Counted from the first letter of the stretch, positions 19,081 to 29,410 are shown. The stretch: DNA of 64,000 bases from Candidatus Sulfomarinibacteraceae bacterium (GCA_963796455.1 CAWCLO010000001.1:1248001-1312000), one strand, 5' to 3'. Numbers and translations: made by a program. The notes: a model not told the origin generated them from the letters alone.

Positions 19081-20208
19081 ATGAAAAGAACACACGTCAT
19101 TTTTTCGACGCTCGTCATGTGCCTTGCCCTCGTTGCGGCCGCGCCGGTCGATGCCCAGGAGGAGCGGTGCTGCTTCAACAATTTTCGTTTTGCCGGTGGC
19201 TGTATGGTCATCCCACAGGGTTCTACTACATGTGCCGACATATTGGGCGCACTCAACAACTTCAACAGTGTGGGGAACACCTACTGCGACGGCACGACTG
19301 TACGCGGCGGTTGGTCGATGAGCGATTGCGGCAACCCCGCCCAAATCAATCAAAGTCCGGTTGTTCCGCAAACCGCCCAACCGTCGCAACCGATAAGGCC
19401 GAAGCAGAATACCGGTAGGGCTACCAGCCCCCAGACCGCGCCCGCCGCCCAGGATGCGAATCTGCTTCAGGTCTCCGCGCCCCTCAAGGTTCAGTTTGAC
19501 GGCAGCGTCGACAGCGACAGCAACGCCGCGGGCCACATGGTCACCGGCACCCTCCAGGAGGACTTGATGTCCGGCGACACCGTAGTCGCTCCGGCCGGCA
19601 GCCAGGTCCATGCCCGCCTCGTTCCCACGAGTTACTGGACCGACGGCGGAGGGGATGCCTTCGAGATCCAGGCAACCGGGATCGAGGTTGATGGCAAAAT
19701 GATCCCGGTCTCCGCAACAGCGGTCGGCGCAACCGGAGAGATCGACACCATGGGACGCGACATCAACGTGCCAAAGGGCTCCATGGTGAGCTTCGAGGCC
19801 CAATCACCCGATCAACAGAAGGCAGACAAGATGGCCATCCAGGGTGGCAGCCTCACCTGGGCAAAAGCTTTTGATTCCATGGATATCGATGGGGTCACGT
19901 CAGTCTATACCCACGACGCGGTTCTGCTGCCGCCCAACGAACCGGCTGTCTTCGGGATCGACGCCATCCGAGCGACGACGATGGAGATGATGAATGCCGG
20001 ACTCACCGTCGAGCTCGAAGGTCTCGAGCTGAATATCCAGGGAGCCCTCGGCTACATGGCCGGTCGTTATCGCATGCGCAACGCCGACGGCGATCTCGTG
20101 GATCGCGGCAAGTACATCGAGATCTGGAGCAAGGTGGATGGCGAATGGAAGATTCACCGCGATATCTGGAACTCGAGCTTGCCTTCGAGTGAAGATCACG
20201 AAGACTGA
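19081..20208 (+). CDS. Secreted multidomain protein: 6-Cys domain, beta-rich domain and DUF4440/SnoaL-like domain
   Basis: Signal peptide ending VDA, CCF...VRGGW...C domain, C-terminal GKYIEIW...WKIHRDIWNS. Confidence 0.72.
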   Translation: MKRTHVIFSTLVMCLALVAAAPVDAQEERCCFNNFRFAGGCMVIPQGSTTCADILGALNNFNSVGNTYCDGTTVRGGWSMSDCGNPAQINQSPVVPQTAQPSQPIRPKQNTGRATSPQTAPAAQDANLLQVSAPLKVQFDGSVDSDSNAAGHMVTGTLQEDLMSGDTVVAPAGSQVHARLVPTSYWTDGGGDAFEIQATGIEVDGKMIPVSATAVGATGEIDTMGRDINVPKGSMVSFEAQSPDQQKADKMAIQGGSLTWAKAFDSMDIDGVTSVYTHDAVLLPPNEPAVFGIDAIRATTMEMMNAGLTVELEGLELNIQGALGYMAGRYRMRNADGDLVDRGKYIEIWSKVDGEWKIHRDIWNSSLPSSEDHED

Positions 20209-20230
20209 TCCACCCCTGTTTTCGCTTTTC

Positions 20231-20256
20231 AAGAGGGGCCTTCGGGCCCCTTTTTT
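20231..20256 (+). terminator. Rho-independent terminator
   Basis: aggggcc-ttcg-ggcccct hairpin plus a T run, just after the 20208 stop. Confidence 0.88.
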
Positions 20257-20266
20257 GATGCAAGAT

Positions 20267-20780
20267 CACTGCTGTCCAAAACAGATCGTCACCCGAATTT
20301 ACCCACCTGACAACACGTGGTTTACGGGTTGGTTTTTGGAATATCCGGTTCGCGGTTGGCACGTACCCGATCCCGATCCCGAGTTGCAGCGGCAGCGACA
20401 GTGTCCAGCGTCAGCGAACAGGGACAGGGACAGGGACGGCGACAGGGAACAGCGATCAGTGTTCAGCGACGGAGCGCAGCGGCAGCAGTCTGGAGTTCAG
20501 GCGACGCAGTGGCCACCTCCGGGTCGTTCAACAGAAGCGGTAGCCGGTGGGCGGCCGGGATGAGGCCAGTGAAGCGATGAACGCTTTCGATCAGGTCCGT
20601 GCCATGACCTGGAGGCTGTTGAACCCGACAGAGTGAGTGCTGTTGGCTGTCGCTGTCCCGGCCGCTGATCGCTGACGCTGTCGCTGAACACTGCCGCTGG
20701 CGACTGTTCGCTGACTGCTGAACGCTGTTCCCTGTCGCCGTCCCTGATCGCTGTCCGAGACACTGTCTTGAGCAAGAGTG
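20267..20780 (+). mobile_element. Internally deleted copy 2 of the four-helix-bundle TIR element (514 bp)
   Basis: Same CACT...AGTG ends and AT flanks. First ~150 bp are nearly identical to copy 1. Only the last 23 codons of the gene remain. Confidence 0.78.
20565..20636 (+). pseudogene. 3' remnant of a four-helix-bundle gene
   Basis: ASEAMNAFDQVRAMTWRLLNPTE* is 20/23 identical to the end of 2738-3091. Confidence 0.85.
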
Positions 20781-20971
20781 ATTCAAGATGCTGGATGCTG
20801 GATCCGCCCACCCACCCCTTTTTTGATCGCAGAGTTGCCATCCAACAGCGTGCCGGTATGTGACCATCCGCTGTTCACGCTGTCTCAATAATTAGCACGC
20901 GCCGCCGGTCGGCTACAATGTGGCGAGTTCATTCGACCAGGATCGCGAAACGCATCGTGAGGGGGCAAAAC

Positions 20972-22420
20972 ATGATGACCAAGGCCAAACGCACGAACTG
21001 GATCAGAGCGGCCGGAACCGGTCTGCTGTTTCTCGCCGCGTGCACCATGAACCCCGCCACCGGCGAACGGCAGCTGACCCTCATGAGTGAATCGCAGGAG
21101 ATCGCGATGGGCGCCCAGACCCATCCCGAAGTCCTGAATGCATTCGGAGCCTACGACGACCCCGAGTTGCAGCGCTTTATCCAGGAACTCGGCACGAGAA
21201 TCGCCGCCAACTCCGAACGCCCGAATCTCGATTGGACCTTTACCGTACTCGACGACCCAGTGGTCAATGCGATGGCCCTTCCCGGCGGCTTCATCTACGT
21301 CAACCGCGGCATCCTCGCGCACTTCAACTCGGAGGCCGAACTGGCCTCGGTGATCGGCCACGAGATCGGTCATGTGACCGCAAAACACTCGGTGGAACAG
21401 ATGAGCCGTGCCCAACTCGCCCAGATCGGGCTCGGGGTCGCCGCCGTCGCTTCAGAAGACTTTCGCCGCTACGCCGGACTCGCAAGTCAGGGCATCCAGG
21501 TTCTTTTTCTCAAATTCGGCCGCGACGACGAAAACCAATCGGATGAACTGGGGCTTCGCTACATGACCAAGGCGGGGTACGACCCGCACGAAATGCCCAA
21601 AGTGTTCGCCACTTTGGATCGCGTCAGCCAGGCTCACGGTCTGCGCTCCACTCCGGAGTGGCTTTCCACTCACCCCAACCCCGGGAATCGAATTGAAAAC
21701 ATCGATGCCCGGATCGCGAGGCTGCCCCCGGATGCCCTGCAGGGCACGGTCGGACGCGAGTCATACCTCGACAGGTTGCAGGGGATGGTCTTTGGTGAAG
21801 ATCCAAGGCAGGGCTACACCATCGGGCAGACCTACTACCACCCGGTTCTGGCCTTCAAGATCGCTTTTCCGGACGAATGGCGGATCATCAATCAGAGATC
21901 TGCCGTTGGCGCCCTGAGCCCGAAACAGGATGCTGCGGTTGTTCTCACTTTGTCGGACAAAGCCAGTCCTCAGGCCGCATTTGACGCCTTCTTCGGTCAG
22001 CAGGGTATCCAAAAGGGCCCCAACCGAGGACGCAACATCTATGCTTTCCGGGCGTTTGACACCCAGACCGGCGCCGGGACCGCCGAAGGCCTGATCGGTT
22101 TTCTCAATCACGACGGCCGGGTCTATCAGCTGATGGGATACACAGGTCTCGAGACCTGGGACACTTACGGCCGCGCGATGCAGTCGTCCCTGGCCAGCTT
22201 CGCCAACGTCACGCAACGAAAATACCTGGATGTGGACCCGAAAACAGTCTCGATCATCACCGTGCCGCGCAGAATGTCCTTCGCCGAGTTCAGCGAGCGC
22301 TATCCGTCAAATATCGAGGCTGCTCAGCTGGCGTTGATCAACGGCGTGGCCGAAGACGGCGTGCTCGAAAAGGGTGCATTGATGAAAAGGATTGTCGGCG
22401 GCGAACTTCCCGAGAGGTGA
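20972..22420 (+). CDS. M48 family metalloprotease lipoprotein (BepA/YfgC-like)
   Basis: Lipobox LAAC, NAMALPGG, HEIGH, STHP. Confidence 0.9.
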   Translation: MMTKAKRTNWIRAAGTGLLFLAACTMNPATGERQLTLMSESQEIAMGAQTHPEVLNAFGAYDDPELQRFIQELGTRIAANSERPNLDWTFTVLDDPVVNAMALPGGFIYVNRGILAHFNSEAELASVIGHEIGHVTAKHSVEQMSRAQLAQIGLGVAAVASEDFRRYAGLASQGIQVLFLKFGRDDENQSDELGLRYMTKAGYDPHEMPKVFATLDRVSQAHGLRSTPEWLSTHPNPGNRIENIDARIARLPPDALQGTVGRESYLDRLQGMVFGEDPRQGYTIGQTYYHPVLAFKIAFPDEWRIINQRSAVGALSPKQDAAVVLTLSDKASPQAAFDAFFGQQGIQKGPNRGRNIYAFRAFDTQTGAGTAEGLIGFLNHDGRVYQLMGYTGLETWDTYGRAMQSSLASFANVTQRKYLDVDPKTVSIITVPRRMSFAEFSERYPSNIEAAQLALINGVAEDGVLEKGALMKRIVGGELPER

Positions 22421-22478
22421 GGGGATTAGGGTTTAGGGTTCGGCGCACTCATCCCAGGAGAGCACTTTTCTCTAGACC

Positions 22479-23294
22479 CTAAAGCGGCTTCCTCAGCACC
22501 CACAGGTAGGTTGGGAAAGCCCAGTAGGCCATTTCCAATACGGCCAGCGCGGCGCGCTGTCGAACCGAACCCGGCTCGACCATATCGGTGGCTTCGAAGC
22601 GCTCGGGATCGCGCACCACCCGCTGGGTAAAATCCAAAACCTCGAAATTTTGGACCAGGCTCCGTAAGCCCCAGACGGTCAGATGGGTCTCGTAGCGGTC
22701 ACGGCCGCGGCCGGCGATGCGGAGGCTCAGGTCGGCCAGGGGTTTTGGCAGGACCGTGATCAACGGAAGATTCGAGTGGCCGTCCCACAGTCGCAGGCGG
22801 TTTTCGGCTGCGAAATAACACAGCCCTCCCGGCCGCAACACACGGTTGATCTCCCGAATCATGATTTCCGCATCCGGTACGTGTTCGTAAATGTGGGTGC
22901 AGGTCACGATGTCGAAATCACCGTCCGGAAATGGCAGCTCCATCGAGTCGCCGACCCGGTATTCGATGTTCTCCGCCGCCCGATTCCGGCGCGCCCATTC
23001 AATGGCGCCGTCGTCGATGTCGATCCCCACCACCTTCGTAAAGAAACCGCCGTAGTGGAGAGTTAGGATTCCCGTCGAACAGCCGATATCGAGGACACGA
23101 GCCGCGGCCGGATCCAGACCGGTCGCGCGCGAGGCCTCGAGCAACACCGCCACCGTCTTCCGCGCTTTGTGAAGCCGCCCCACCTCGTCAAACATCGTTT
23201 CGGGGTGTATATCCGAAAAATCCCGTTGGTACTCGAGGCCACGGGCGGGCTCTTCAGACGATGGTTTTCCGGTCTCTCCCATTTGGGACATCAT
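22479..23294 (-). CDS. Class I SAM-dependent methyltransferase
   Basis: VLDIGCSTG, LPFPDGDFD, RVLRPGG. Start uncertain. Confidence 0.85.
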   Translation of the reverse strand: MMSQMGETGKPSSEEPARGLEYQRDFSDIHPETMFDEVGRLHKARKTVAVLLEASRATGLDPAAARVLDIGCSTGILTLHYGGFFTKVVGIDIDDGAIEWARRNRAAENIEYRVGDSMELPFPDGDFDIVTCTHIYEHVPDAEIMIREINRVLRPGGLCYFAAENRLRLWDGHSNLPLITVLPKPLADLSLRIAGRGRDRYETHLTVWGLRSLVQNFEVLDFTQRVVRDPERFEATDMVEPGSVRQRAALAVLEMAYWAFPTYLWVLRKPL

Positions 23295-23350
23295 AACCCC
23301 AGGAACGTCGACCGTAGTCACTCAATTTCGTGACCTGAGAGATCGCTAGC

Positions 23351-24661
23351 TCAGCTCGGCTTGCGGGGAGTGGCGAGTTGGTTGACCAGTTCGAGAAAAG
23401 TGGTATTGCCCACCGCATCAAAGCCGGCTTCCCTGAAGGACGAGACGATCTCCTCGGTCTTGATCTCGATCGGTCGCTGCCGCATCTGCTCGTCACCCAT
23501 CGGGATGAACGCCGCGATCACATCCGAAACCCGTACCGCATCGAGCGATCTCGCCGGGACCACGCCTTCAGCGCCCGAACCAATGGCCACCCTTCGCGCG
23601 AGACCGGCCTTGACCAGGCGATCGATATGACTGTCCACCGAGCCGGTTGCAACCAGGAATCGGCGCGACAGCCTGTCCGCCGTTGGCGGTTCCTTGCCCA
23701 GATGAAATCTCTGAGCGATCAACGTGAAGATCTGAAGACCGGTGGGCACACGGTCGCAATCGTCCCGATCCCCAACCGACCGGCTGCGGATGAGGGCAGC
23801 GAAGTGTTGATGGGTAAACGAGATCTCGAGACCGAGGAGGACGATGATCCAGGTGATGTACAGCCAGACCAAAAAGATCGGGATCACGGCCAGCGAGCCG
23901 TAGATGGTCGAATAACGCACGGATTGACCGACCCAATTGGCAAAGAGGTTCTTCCCGAGTTCGAAGAACACGCTGCCGATCGCCGCACCGACCACCGCAC
24001 TCTTGAGCTGAACCCTCGTGAACGGGATGACGAGATACATCAGCAAAAACGCAAAAAACGTCAACGCCAGCGGGAAGAACCACGTGCCGATTTTTTCCAG
24101 CGTCCCCGGGTCGAAAGGCACGTCACTCAAGATGGCGGCCTTGATTCGAGCCGAGAAGGTCAGACTGGCACCGAGCAGCAAAGTGCCAAAAACCAGAACC
24201 GAGGTATAGGAGGTGATCTTGGCGATGATCTTGCGGTGGGTCGTGACATGCCAGATGTTGTTGAAGTTGGACTCGATGTTGTCGAGAAGCAGAATCGAGG
24301 CCAGAATCAGCGCCAGAAAACCGATCAGGCCGAGGCTCCTGGCCCCGTCGGCGAACTGGTTGAAATAGGCGATGATTTCACTCTGACTGGTGGGCAGAAA
24401 CTGATCGAAGAGGAATTCCTGAGCCTTGGTTTTGACCTCGTCGAAGGCACCAAAGGCCGAAAATATGGCAAAGGCGACGGCCACCAATGGGACGGCGGCG
24501 AGCAACGATGAATAGGCGAGACCGGACGCCCGAATCACAATCTTGTCGCGATTGAACTGTCCCAGTGTCGCCTGAACAAACTGAATCACTCGAACGGAAG
24601 CCTGCTCCCACCTGGGCAGGTCACTCAGATCGAGGCGGTTGAGATGGTCAATAACTCGCAA
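23351..24661 (-). CDS. YihY/virulence factor BrkB family membrane protein with C-terminal extension
   Basis: ASGLAYSSLLA, FNNIW, IYGSLAVIPIFLVWLY. Confidence 0.9.
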   Translation of the reverse strand: MRVIDHLNRLDLSDLPRWEQASVRVIQFVQATLGQFNRDKIVIRASGLAYSSLLAAVPLVAVAFAIFSAFGAFDEVKTKAQEFLFDQFLPTSQSEIIAYFNQFADGARSLGLIGFLALILASILLLDNIESNFNNIWHVTTHRKIIAKITSYTSVLVFGTLLLGASLTFSARIKAAILSDVPFDPGTLEKIGTWFFPLALTFFAFLLMYLVIPFTRVQLKSAVVGAAIGSVFFELGKNLFANWVGQSVRYSTIYGSLAVIPIFLVWLYITWIIVLLGLEISFTHQHFAALIRSRSVGDRDDCDRVPTGLQIFTLIAQRFHLGKEPPTADRLSRRFLVATGSVDSHIDRLVKAGLARRVAIGSGAEGVVPARSLDAVRVSDVIAAFIPMGDEQMRQRPIEIKTEEIVSSFREAGFDAVGNTTFLELVNQLATPRKPS

Positions 24662-24833
24662 TGCTCCTCAATAATAGAGCAATCGACCTCAACGAGGGCA
24701 CAGTTCGCGAGCAAGAACGGTGGAGAGATCCACAGCCACTGGTTTTGAGGCGCAACCTGATTGCCGGGAATCGCATCGCCTGCACCGCCAAATACGTTAT
24801 TTCTACTGGAGATCCGGTTAGAATGGGCCCACC

Positions 24834-26324
24834 ATGATCCAACCCGGAAGCAAAATGGTGTTCTATCGCTGTGTGGTGACCATCGCGGCGGCCCTCGTCT
24901 GCCTGCCGGGAGCCGTCCTTGCCGACCCGACGCCTCAGACCTCAGGCCAGGAACCCGAGGCTCAAGCCCGGATCAAAGAGACATTCACCGGAGACCTGCC
25001 ACAAATCATCGAACGCAGACTCCTGCGCGTCCTGATCAGTTACAGCCGCACCAACTATTTTATTGACTTCGGTACTGAACGCGGTTTCGAGTACGAACTC
25101 CTCCGCAAGTATGAGGAACACCTCAACCAGGGACGAAAACTGAGTCAACGGGTCATCGTTGTTTTCATCCCGGTACCGCTTGAAAAGCTGCTGTCGGACC
25201 TCGAGGCCGGCCGCGGCGATATTGCGGCAGGTGGTCTGACGGTCAGCGAGCATCGACGTCGGAGAGTGGACTTCTCGACTCCCTATATTCCAAGCGTCCA
25301 TGAGGTCGTGGTCTCGCGTTCCGGGGGGGCCACCATTGCTGAAGTCGACGATCTCTCCGGACGTGAGGTCTGGGTTCGCAGGGGCAGCACCTACGAAAAC
25401 TCACTTCGGGCGCTCAACTCCCGACTCGAGGCCGCAGGGAAAAAACCGGTCAAAATCGTCGACGCCCCACCCCACCTCGGAACCGAGGATCTCCTCGAAT
25501 TGCTCAACGCCGGCGTTTTTGATTTCACCGTTGCCGATCAGCACATCGCCGAGGCGTGGGCGGGCGCGCTCCCGAAAATCCGGGTCCACCCCGATCTCGG
25601 GGTTTCGACCGGTGGTTCGATCGCCTGGGCCATTCGCAAAAAAAGCCCCGCTCTCAAGGCCGATCTCGATGCCTTCGTGAAGTCGATCCGTAAAGGCACA
25701 CTGACCGGCAATATCTTCTTCAACCGCTACTTCAAGGCCTCGAAATGGATCTCCAATCCCCTGTCGAAAGCTGATCAGAAGCGACTCGAGCAACTTCGCC
25801 ATCTGTTTCAAAAGTACGGTGAGATCTATGGTTTCGATTGGCTGGCGCTGGCCGCAGTCGGCTATCAGGAAAGCGGGCTCGATCAGAGCCAACGAAGCCG
25901 GGCGGGTGCTGTCGGGGTCATGCAATTGAAGCCGTCGACGGCGGCCGACAAAAACGTCAATGTCACCCCCATCGACACGATCGAGAACAATATTCACGCC
26001 GGCACCAAATACCTGGCTTTCCTTCGCGACCGTTATTTTTCGGACCCCGAGATCCCCGATGGGGCTCGTTTCGACTTCACCCTCGCCGCCTACAACACGG
26101 GTCCCGCGCGGGTGGCGAGCCTGCGCCGCGAGGCAGCTGAAAAGGGCTACGACCGGAATCTCTGGTTTGGCAACGTCGAAACGGTTGCGGCAGCCCGGGT
26201 CGGCAGCGAGACGCTCAAATATGTCGCCAACATCAACAAATACTATCTGGCATACACTGATTTCTATCGTGAAAACCTGCAGCGAGAGCTCCAGAAGCAA
26301 TCTTTGAGCTCACCGCCGCGTTAG
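24834..26324 (+). CDS. MltF-family lytic transglycosylase (SBP plus SLT domains)
   Basis: GFEYEL, YQESG catalytic motif, GVMQL, AAYN. Confidence 0.9.
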   Translation: MIQPGSKMVFYRCVVTIAAALVCLPGAVLADPTPQTSGQEPEAQARIKETFTGDLPQIIERRLLRVLISYSRTNYFIDFGTERGFEYELLRKYEEHLNQGRKLSQRVIVVFIPVPLEKLLSDLEAGRGDIAAGGLTVSEHRRRRVDFSTPYIPSVHEVVVSRSGGATIAEVDDLSGREVWVRRGSTYENSLRALNSRLEAAGKKPVKIVDAPPHLGTEDLLELLNAGVFDFTVADQHIAEAWAGALPKIRVHPDLGVSTGGSIAWAIRKKSPALKADLDAFVKSIRKGTLTGNIFFNRYFKASKWISNPLSKADQKRLEQLRHLFQKYGEIYGFDWLALAAVGYQESGLDQSQRSRAGAVGVMQLKPSTAADKNVNVTPIDTIENNIHAGTKYLAFLRDRYFSDPEIPDGARFDFTLAAYNTGPARVASLRREAAEKGYDRNLWFGNVETVAAARVGSETLKYVANINKYYLAYTDFYRENLQRELQKQSLSSPPR

Positions 26325-26350
26325 ACTCAATAGAACCACGGAGGATTCCC

Positions 26351-26701
26351 ATGACCCTTGAAAAAATTGCTTGCGCCGCTCTGATCTGTCTTTTTCTTGG
26401 TATCGGGTCGGTCGCAGCGGTCGAAATGGCCGCCCTACCGGCTCCAGAACTGATGACCACCGCAACGCAGAGTGAACCGTGTTGCTTCACCAATCCCCGA
26501 TTCACAGGAATCTGCCAGGTAACGCCCGGTAGCGACGAAAGCTGTTCGAGCATCCTCGGCTATCTCAACAACCCGAACAGCGTCGGCCGGGCCTATTGCG
26601 GCAATACGAAGGTCCGGGGCGGTTGGGCGCAGACCGACTGCGAAGGTTCGGCTCAGACGGCGACAGAGTATTCCTGCCCGGTTGACCCAATTCAGGAGTG
26701 A
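26351..26701 (+). CDS. Small secreted protein consisting of the 6-Cys domain
   Basis: Signal peptide and GAGG RBS. Domain is 31/54 identical to the one in 19081-20208. Confidence 0.75.
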   Translation: MTLEKIACAALICLFLGIGSVAAVEMAALPAPELMTTATQSEPCCFTNPRFTGICQVTPGSDESCSSILGYLNNPNSVGRAYCGNTKVRGGWAQTDCEGSAQTATEYSCPVDPIQE

Positions 26702-26754
26702 AGCCTTTTCGTGCAACGGTTTTCCGGCACAGCGCTGAAGAACTGGGAGAAATC

Positions 26755-27225
26755 ATGCAACGTCTTTTGGTCCTGACAGCACTGGCTACGGCCATATTTC
26801 TCGCGCCCGGCGCAAATGCCCAAATGGATGACTCGGAAGCCGTCCGACTGACTCGTTCAGCGATCCAGGCCGAACGGCAGGAAATCCTGGCGGCAAACCT
26901 CGAAATGAGCGAGGATCAACGAACCGTGTTCTGGCCCCTTTATGCAGAATACCGGCAGGAACTCGAGACCGCCGTCGACACCCGCGTGGATATCCTGAAT
27001 CGGTTTTTTGCCGAATACGAGACGATGACCGACGTCGAGGCAACCGAGCTGTTGACCGAGCACCTCGCATGGAAACGACAGGTATTGAAAATCCAGAGCA
27101 CCTATGCCAAAAAAATGTCGAAGGTGCTTCCCGGATTGGTCGTGGCCCGTTTTTTCCAGATTGAAAACAAGATGGACATTATCGTCGAGTACGAACTGGC
27201 CGGAGAGATCCCTTTGGTTCAATAA
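26755..27225 (+). CDS. Secreted alpha-helical hypothetical protein
   Basis: Signal peptide ending ANA, FWPLYAEY...RFFQIENK, GGAG RBS. Confidence 0.7.
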   Translation: MQRLLVLTALATAIFLAPGANAQMDDSEAVRLTRSAIQAERQEILAANLEMSEDQRTVFWPLYAEYRQELETAVDTRVDILNRFFAEYETMTDVEATELLTEHLAWKRQVLKIQSTYAKKMSKVLPGLVVARFFQIENKMDIIVEYELAGEIPLVQ

Positions 27226-27353
27226 ACCGCAGATCTGCATCATCTCGCAGGCTTTGCCAGCGGCAGAAGCGGGATTCGGCGATCGATATCGGAAACCCCC
27301 TGCGCTACAATTCGAAAAATCAGAACCGATTTCGGCACCGTGGGAGGTCCGTG

Positions 27354-28421
27354 ATGCGTATTCATCGAGCGATGGTCATTGCTTTTTCCGTGCTCGCTCT
27401 GGTTCTGCCATCGGCCGCACAGGTGGTCCTCGCCCAAACGCCAACTCTGCCGCAGATCTTTCAGTCCGTCGACCCGGCAGTGGTCGAGATCACGACCGCC
27501 ACCAGCGTGGCCTCCCCAACAGGGCCGGCCGGTAAGGTTTCAGAGGGAGGCATCGGGTCCGGCGTCCTGATCTCCACCGACGGGCGGATCATGACCGCCT
27601 CCCACGTGGTGCAGGCGGCAGACCAGGTGACGGTGCGCTTTGTCAACGGCGAAACCGTCAGCGCCCGGGTCGTGGCTTCCGAACCGAGCGCCGATCTCGC
27701 CCTGATTCAGGCCGAGCGGGTTCCCGAGGGCATCCCGTCGGCATCGGTCGGAAACTCCGACGATGTCCAGGTCGGCGACCAGATCTTCATCGTCGGCGCG
27801 CCCTTCGGCATTGGTCACTCGTTGTCGGTGGGCCACATCAGCGCGCGCAGAAAAAACCGCCAGATCTTCGCCGGAGTCGAACCGGTAGAGCTGCTGCAGA
27901 CCGACGCGGCGATCAATCGCGGAAACTCGGGCGGCCCGATGTTCAGCATGAACGGGGAGGTTGTCGGCATCGTCAGCCACATTCTCTCGACCGGAGGCGG
28001 CTCCGAGGGCGTCGGTTTCGTCATTACCTCGAATGTCGCGCTGAGCGTCCTGATCGACGAACCCTCGCCTTGGACCGGTCTCGACGGTCTCTATATCGAA
28101 GGACGGATCGCGCAGGCACTGAATGTTCCGCAGAGCGCCGCCCTTCTGGTCGAAGGCGTCGCGGTGGGCTCGCCGGCCGCGGCGATCGGGCTGCGCCCGG
28201 GTGATACGCCGGCGCAGGTCGCCGGGCAGCGACTGACCCTTGGCGGTGACGTCATTCTCGCCGTCAATGGCGTCGTTGTCGGCACACCGGACTTCGCGAA
28301 ACGAATCGACCAAAAAATGGCTGCCCTGGGTGGCAGCGACCAATTGAAGCTTCGAGTGCTTCGCGACGGCAACGTCATTGAGCTCAGCAAATCACTGGAG
28401 ATTCTCGGGATCAAGCAATAG
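27354..28421 (+). CDS. HtrA/DegP-like trypsin serine protease with one PDZ domain
   Basis: GSGV, TASHVV, DLALI, QTDAAINRGNSGGP. Confidence 0.92.
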   Translation: MRIHRAMVIAFSVLALVLPSAAQVVLAQTPTLPQIFQSVDPAVVEITTATSVASPTGPAGKVSEGGIGSGVLISTDGRIMTASHVVQAADQVTVRFVNGETVSARVVASEPSADLALIQAERVPEGIPSASVGNSDDVQVGDQIFIVGAPFGIGHSLSVGHISARRKNRQIFAGVEPVELLQTDAAINRGNSGGPMFSMNGEVVGIVSHILSTGGGSEGVGFVITSNVALSVLIDEPSPWTGLDGLYIEGRIAQALNVPQSAALLVEGVAVGSPAAAIGLRPGDTPAQVAGQRLTLGGDVILAVNGVVVGTPDFAKRIDQKMAALGGSDQLKLRVLRDGNVIELSKSLEILGIKQ

Positions 28422-28489
28422 GTACAATCAAGAAATACCGCAACCGTTTTATCGGTTCTCTGCTGCAGAAGAAGAAACAGGAGGAAAAC

Positions 28490-28972
28490 ATGAAGCGCCT
28501 CGCACTCACCGCACTCACCGCCATCCTCGCCCTCGCCGTCGCCTCGCCCGCAGCGGCTCATTGTCAGATTCCCTGTGGGATCTACGACGACGAACTTCGA
28601 GTCCAGCTCATTGAGGAGCACATCACCACCGTCGAAAAAAGCATGAAGCAGATCCAGGCTCTGGGGTCCGCCGAATCAGTGGATTACAACCAGTTGATTC
28701 GCTGGGTGGACAACAAAGAAAAACACGCCCAGGAGATCCAGGACATCGTCACCGCCTACTTCATGGCGCAGCGCATCAAACCATCCACCGATCACGATGA
28801 CGAAAAGGCGATGAACGAGTACATGCACAAGCTCGCAATTCTGCATGCCATCCAGATCCACGCCATGAAAGCCAAGCAGAGCACCGATCTGGAACAGATC
28901 GAGAAGCTGCGCGAGCTGACCAAGATGTTCCGCAAGGCGTACTTTGGGGAAGAAGAAGCTCACGAACACTAG
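28490..28972 (+). CDS. sodN: Nickel superoxide dismutase precursor
   Basis: Ni-hook HCQIPCGIYD directly after a signal-like leader. Also KEKHA and YFMAQRIKP. Confidence 0.92.
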   Translation: MKRLALTALTAILALAVASPAAAHCQIPCGIYDDELRVQLIEEHITTVEKSMKQIQALGSAESVDYNQLIRWVDNKEKHAQEIQDIVTAYFMAQRIKPSTDHDDEKAMNEYMHKLAILHAIQIHAMKAKQSTDLEQIEKLRELTKMFRKAYFGEEEAHEH

Positions 28973-29003
28973 CTCGAGTTCGGAATTCGGAGTTCGGAGT
29001 TCA
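28973..29003. repeat. Heptamer tract (GAGTTCG)x~4
   Basis: Starts right after the sodN stop. A degenerate inverted arm lies near 29050-29072. Confidence 0.8.
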
Positions 29004-29205
29004 GCATTGCCGAGAACCCACCCACGGCGGCAACTGGGGTGGGATGAAGACTCCCAACTCATAATTCGCAATACGATCAGCGGACAGAATTCACCGTTGA
29101 TCAGTGGAACCCCTTAAGGATGCCCACGAACCGTGCAGTTCACTCCCGCCCTTCCTCGCCGCAGTAAAATGCTTGAAGAGGCGATTCAGCGGAATGGAGA
29201 CATTG

Positions 29206-29403
29206 ATGGGACGGGCAGATAAATCAGTCCGAGTCTTCGGTTCATTTGAAGAGGAGAATCGGGCGGAGCGCCGACGACTTGCCGAGATGACACCCGAAGA
29301 GAGGTGCACCGAACTCGCTGTACTTCAAGAACGATTCTGGGGCGAGCTCTGGACATCGGTACCGATGAGAAAAGTGGCGTCCTGGGAGAAAATGAACCGG
29401 TGA
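29206..29403 (+). CDS. Small protein, putative partner of the downstream nucleotidyltransferase
   Basis: 65 aa with SFEEE...MTPEER and a GGAG RBS. Ends 7 nt before the NTase gene. Confidence 0.6.
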   Translation: MGRADKSVRVFGSFEEENRAERRRLAEMTPEERCTELAVLQERFWGELWTSVPMRKVASWEKMNR

Positions 29404-29410
29404 GGAAGCG

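Noticed and set aside
22422..22482. Telomere-like TTAGGG repeats
   Set aside because: Only two units of a TTAGGGT heptamer between convergent genes. It fits the local heptamer family.
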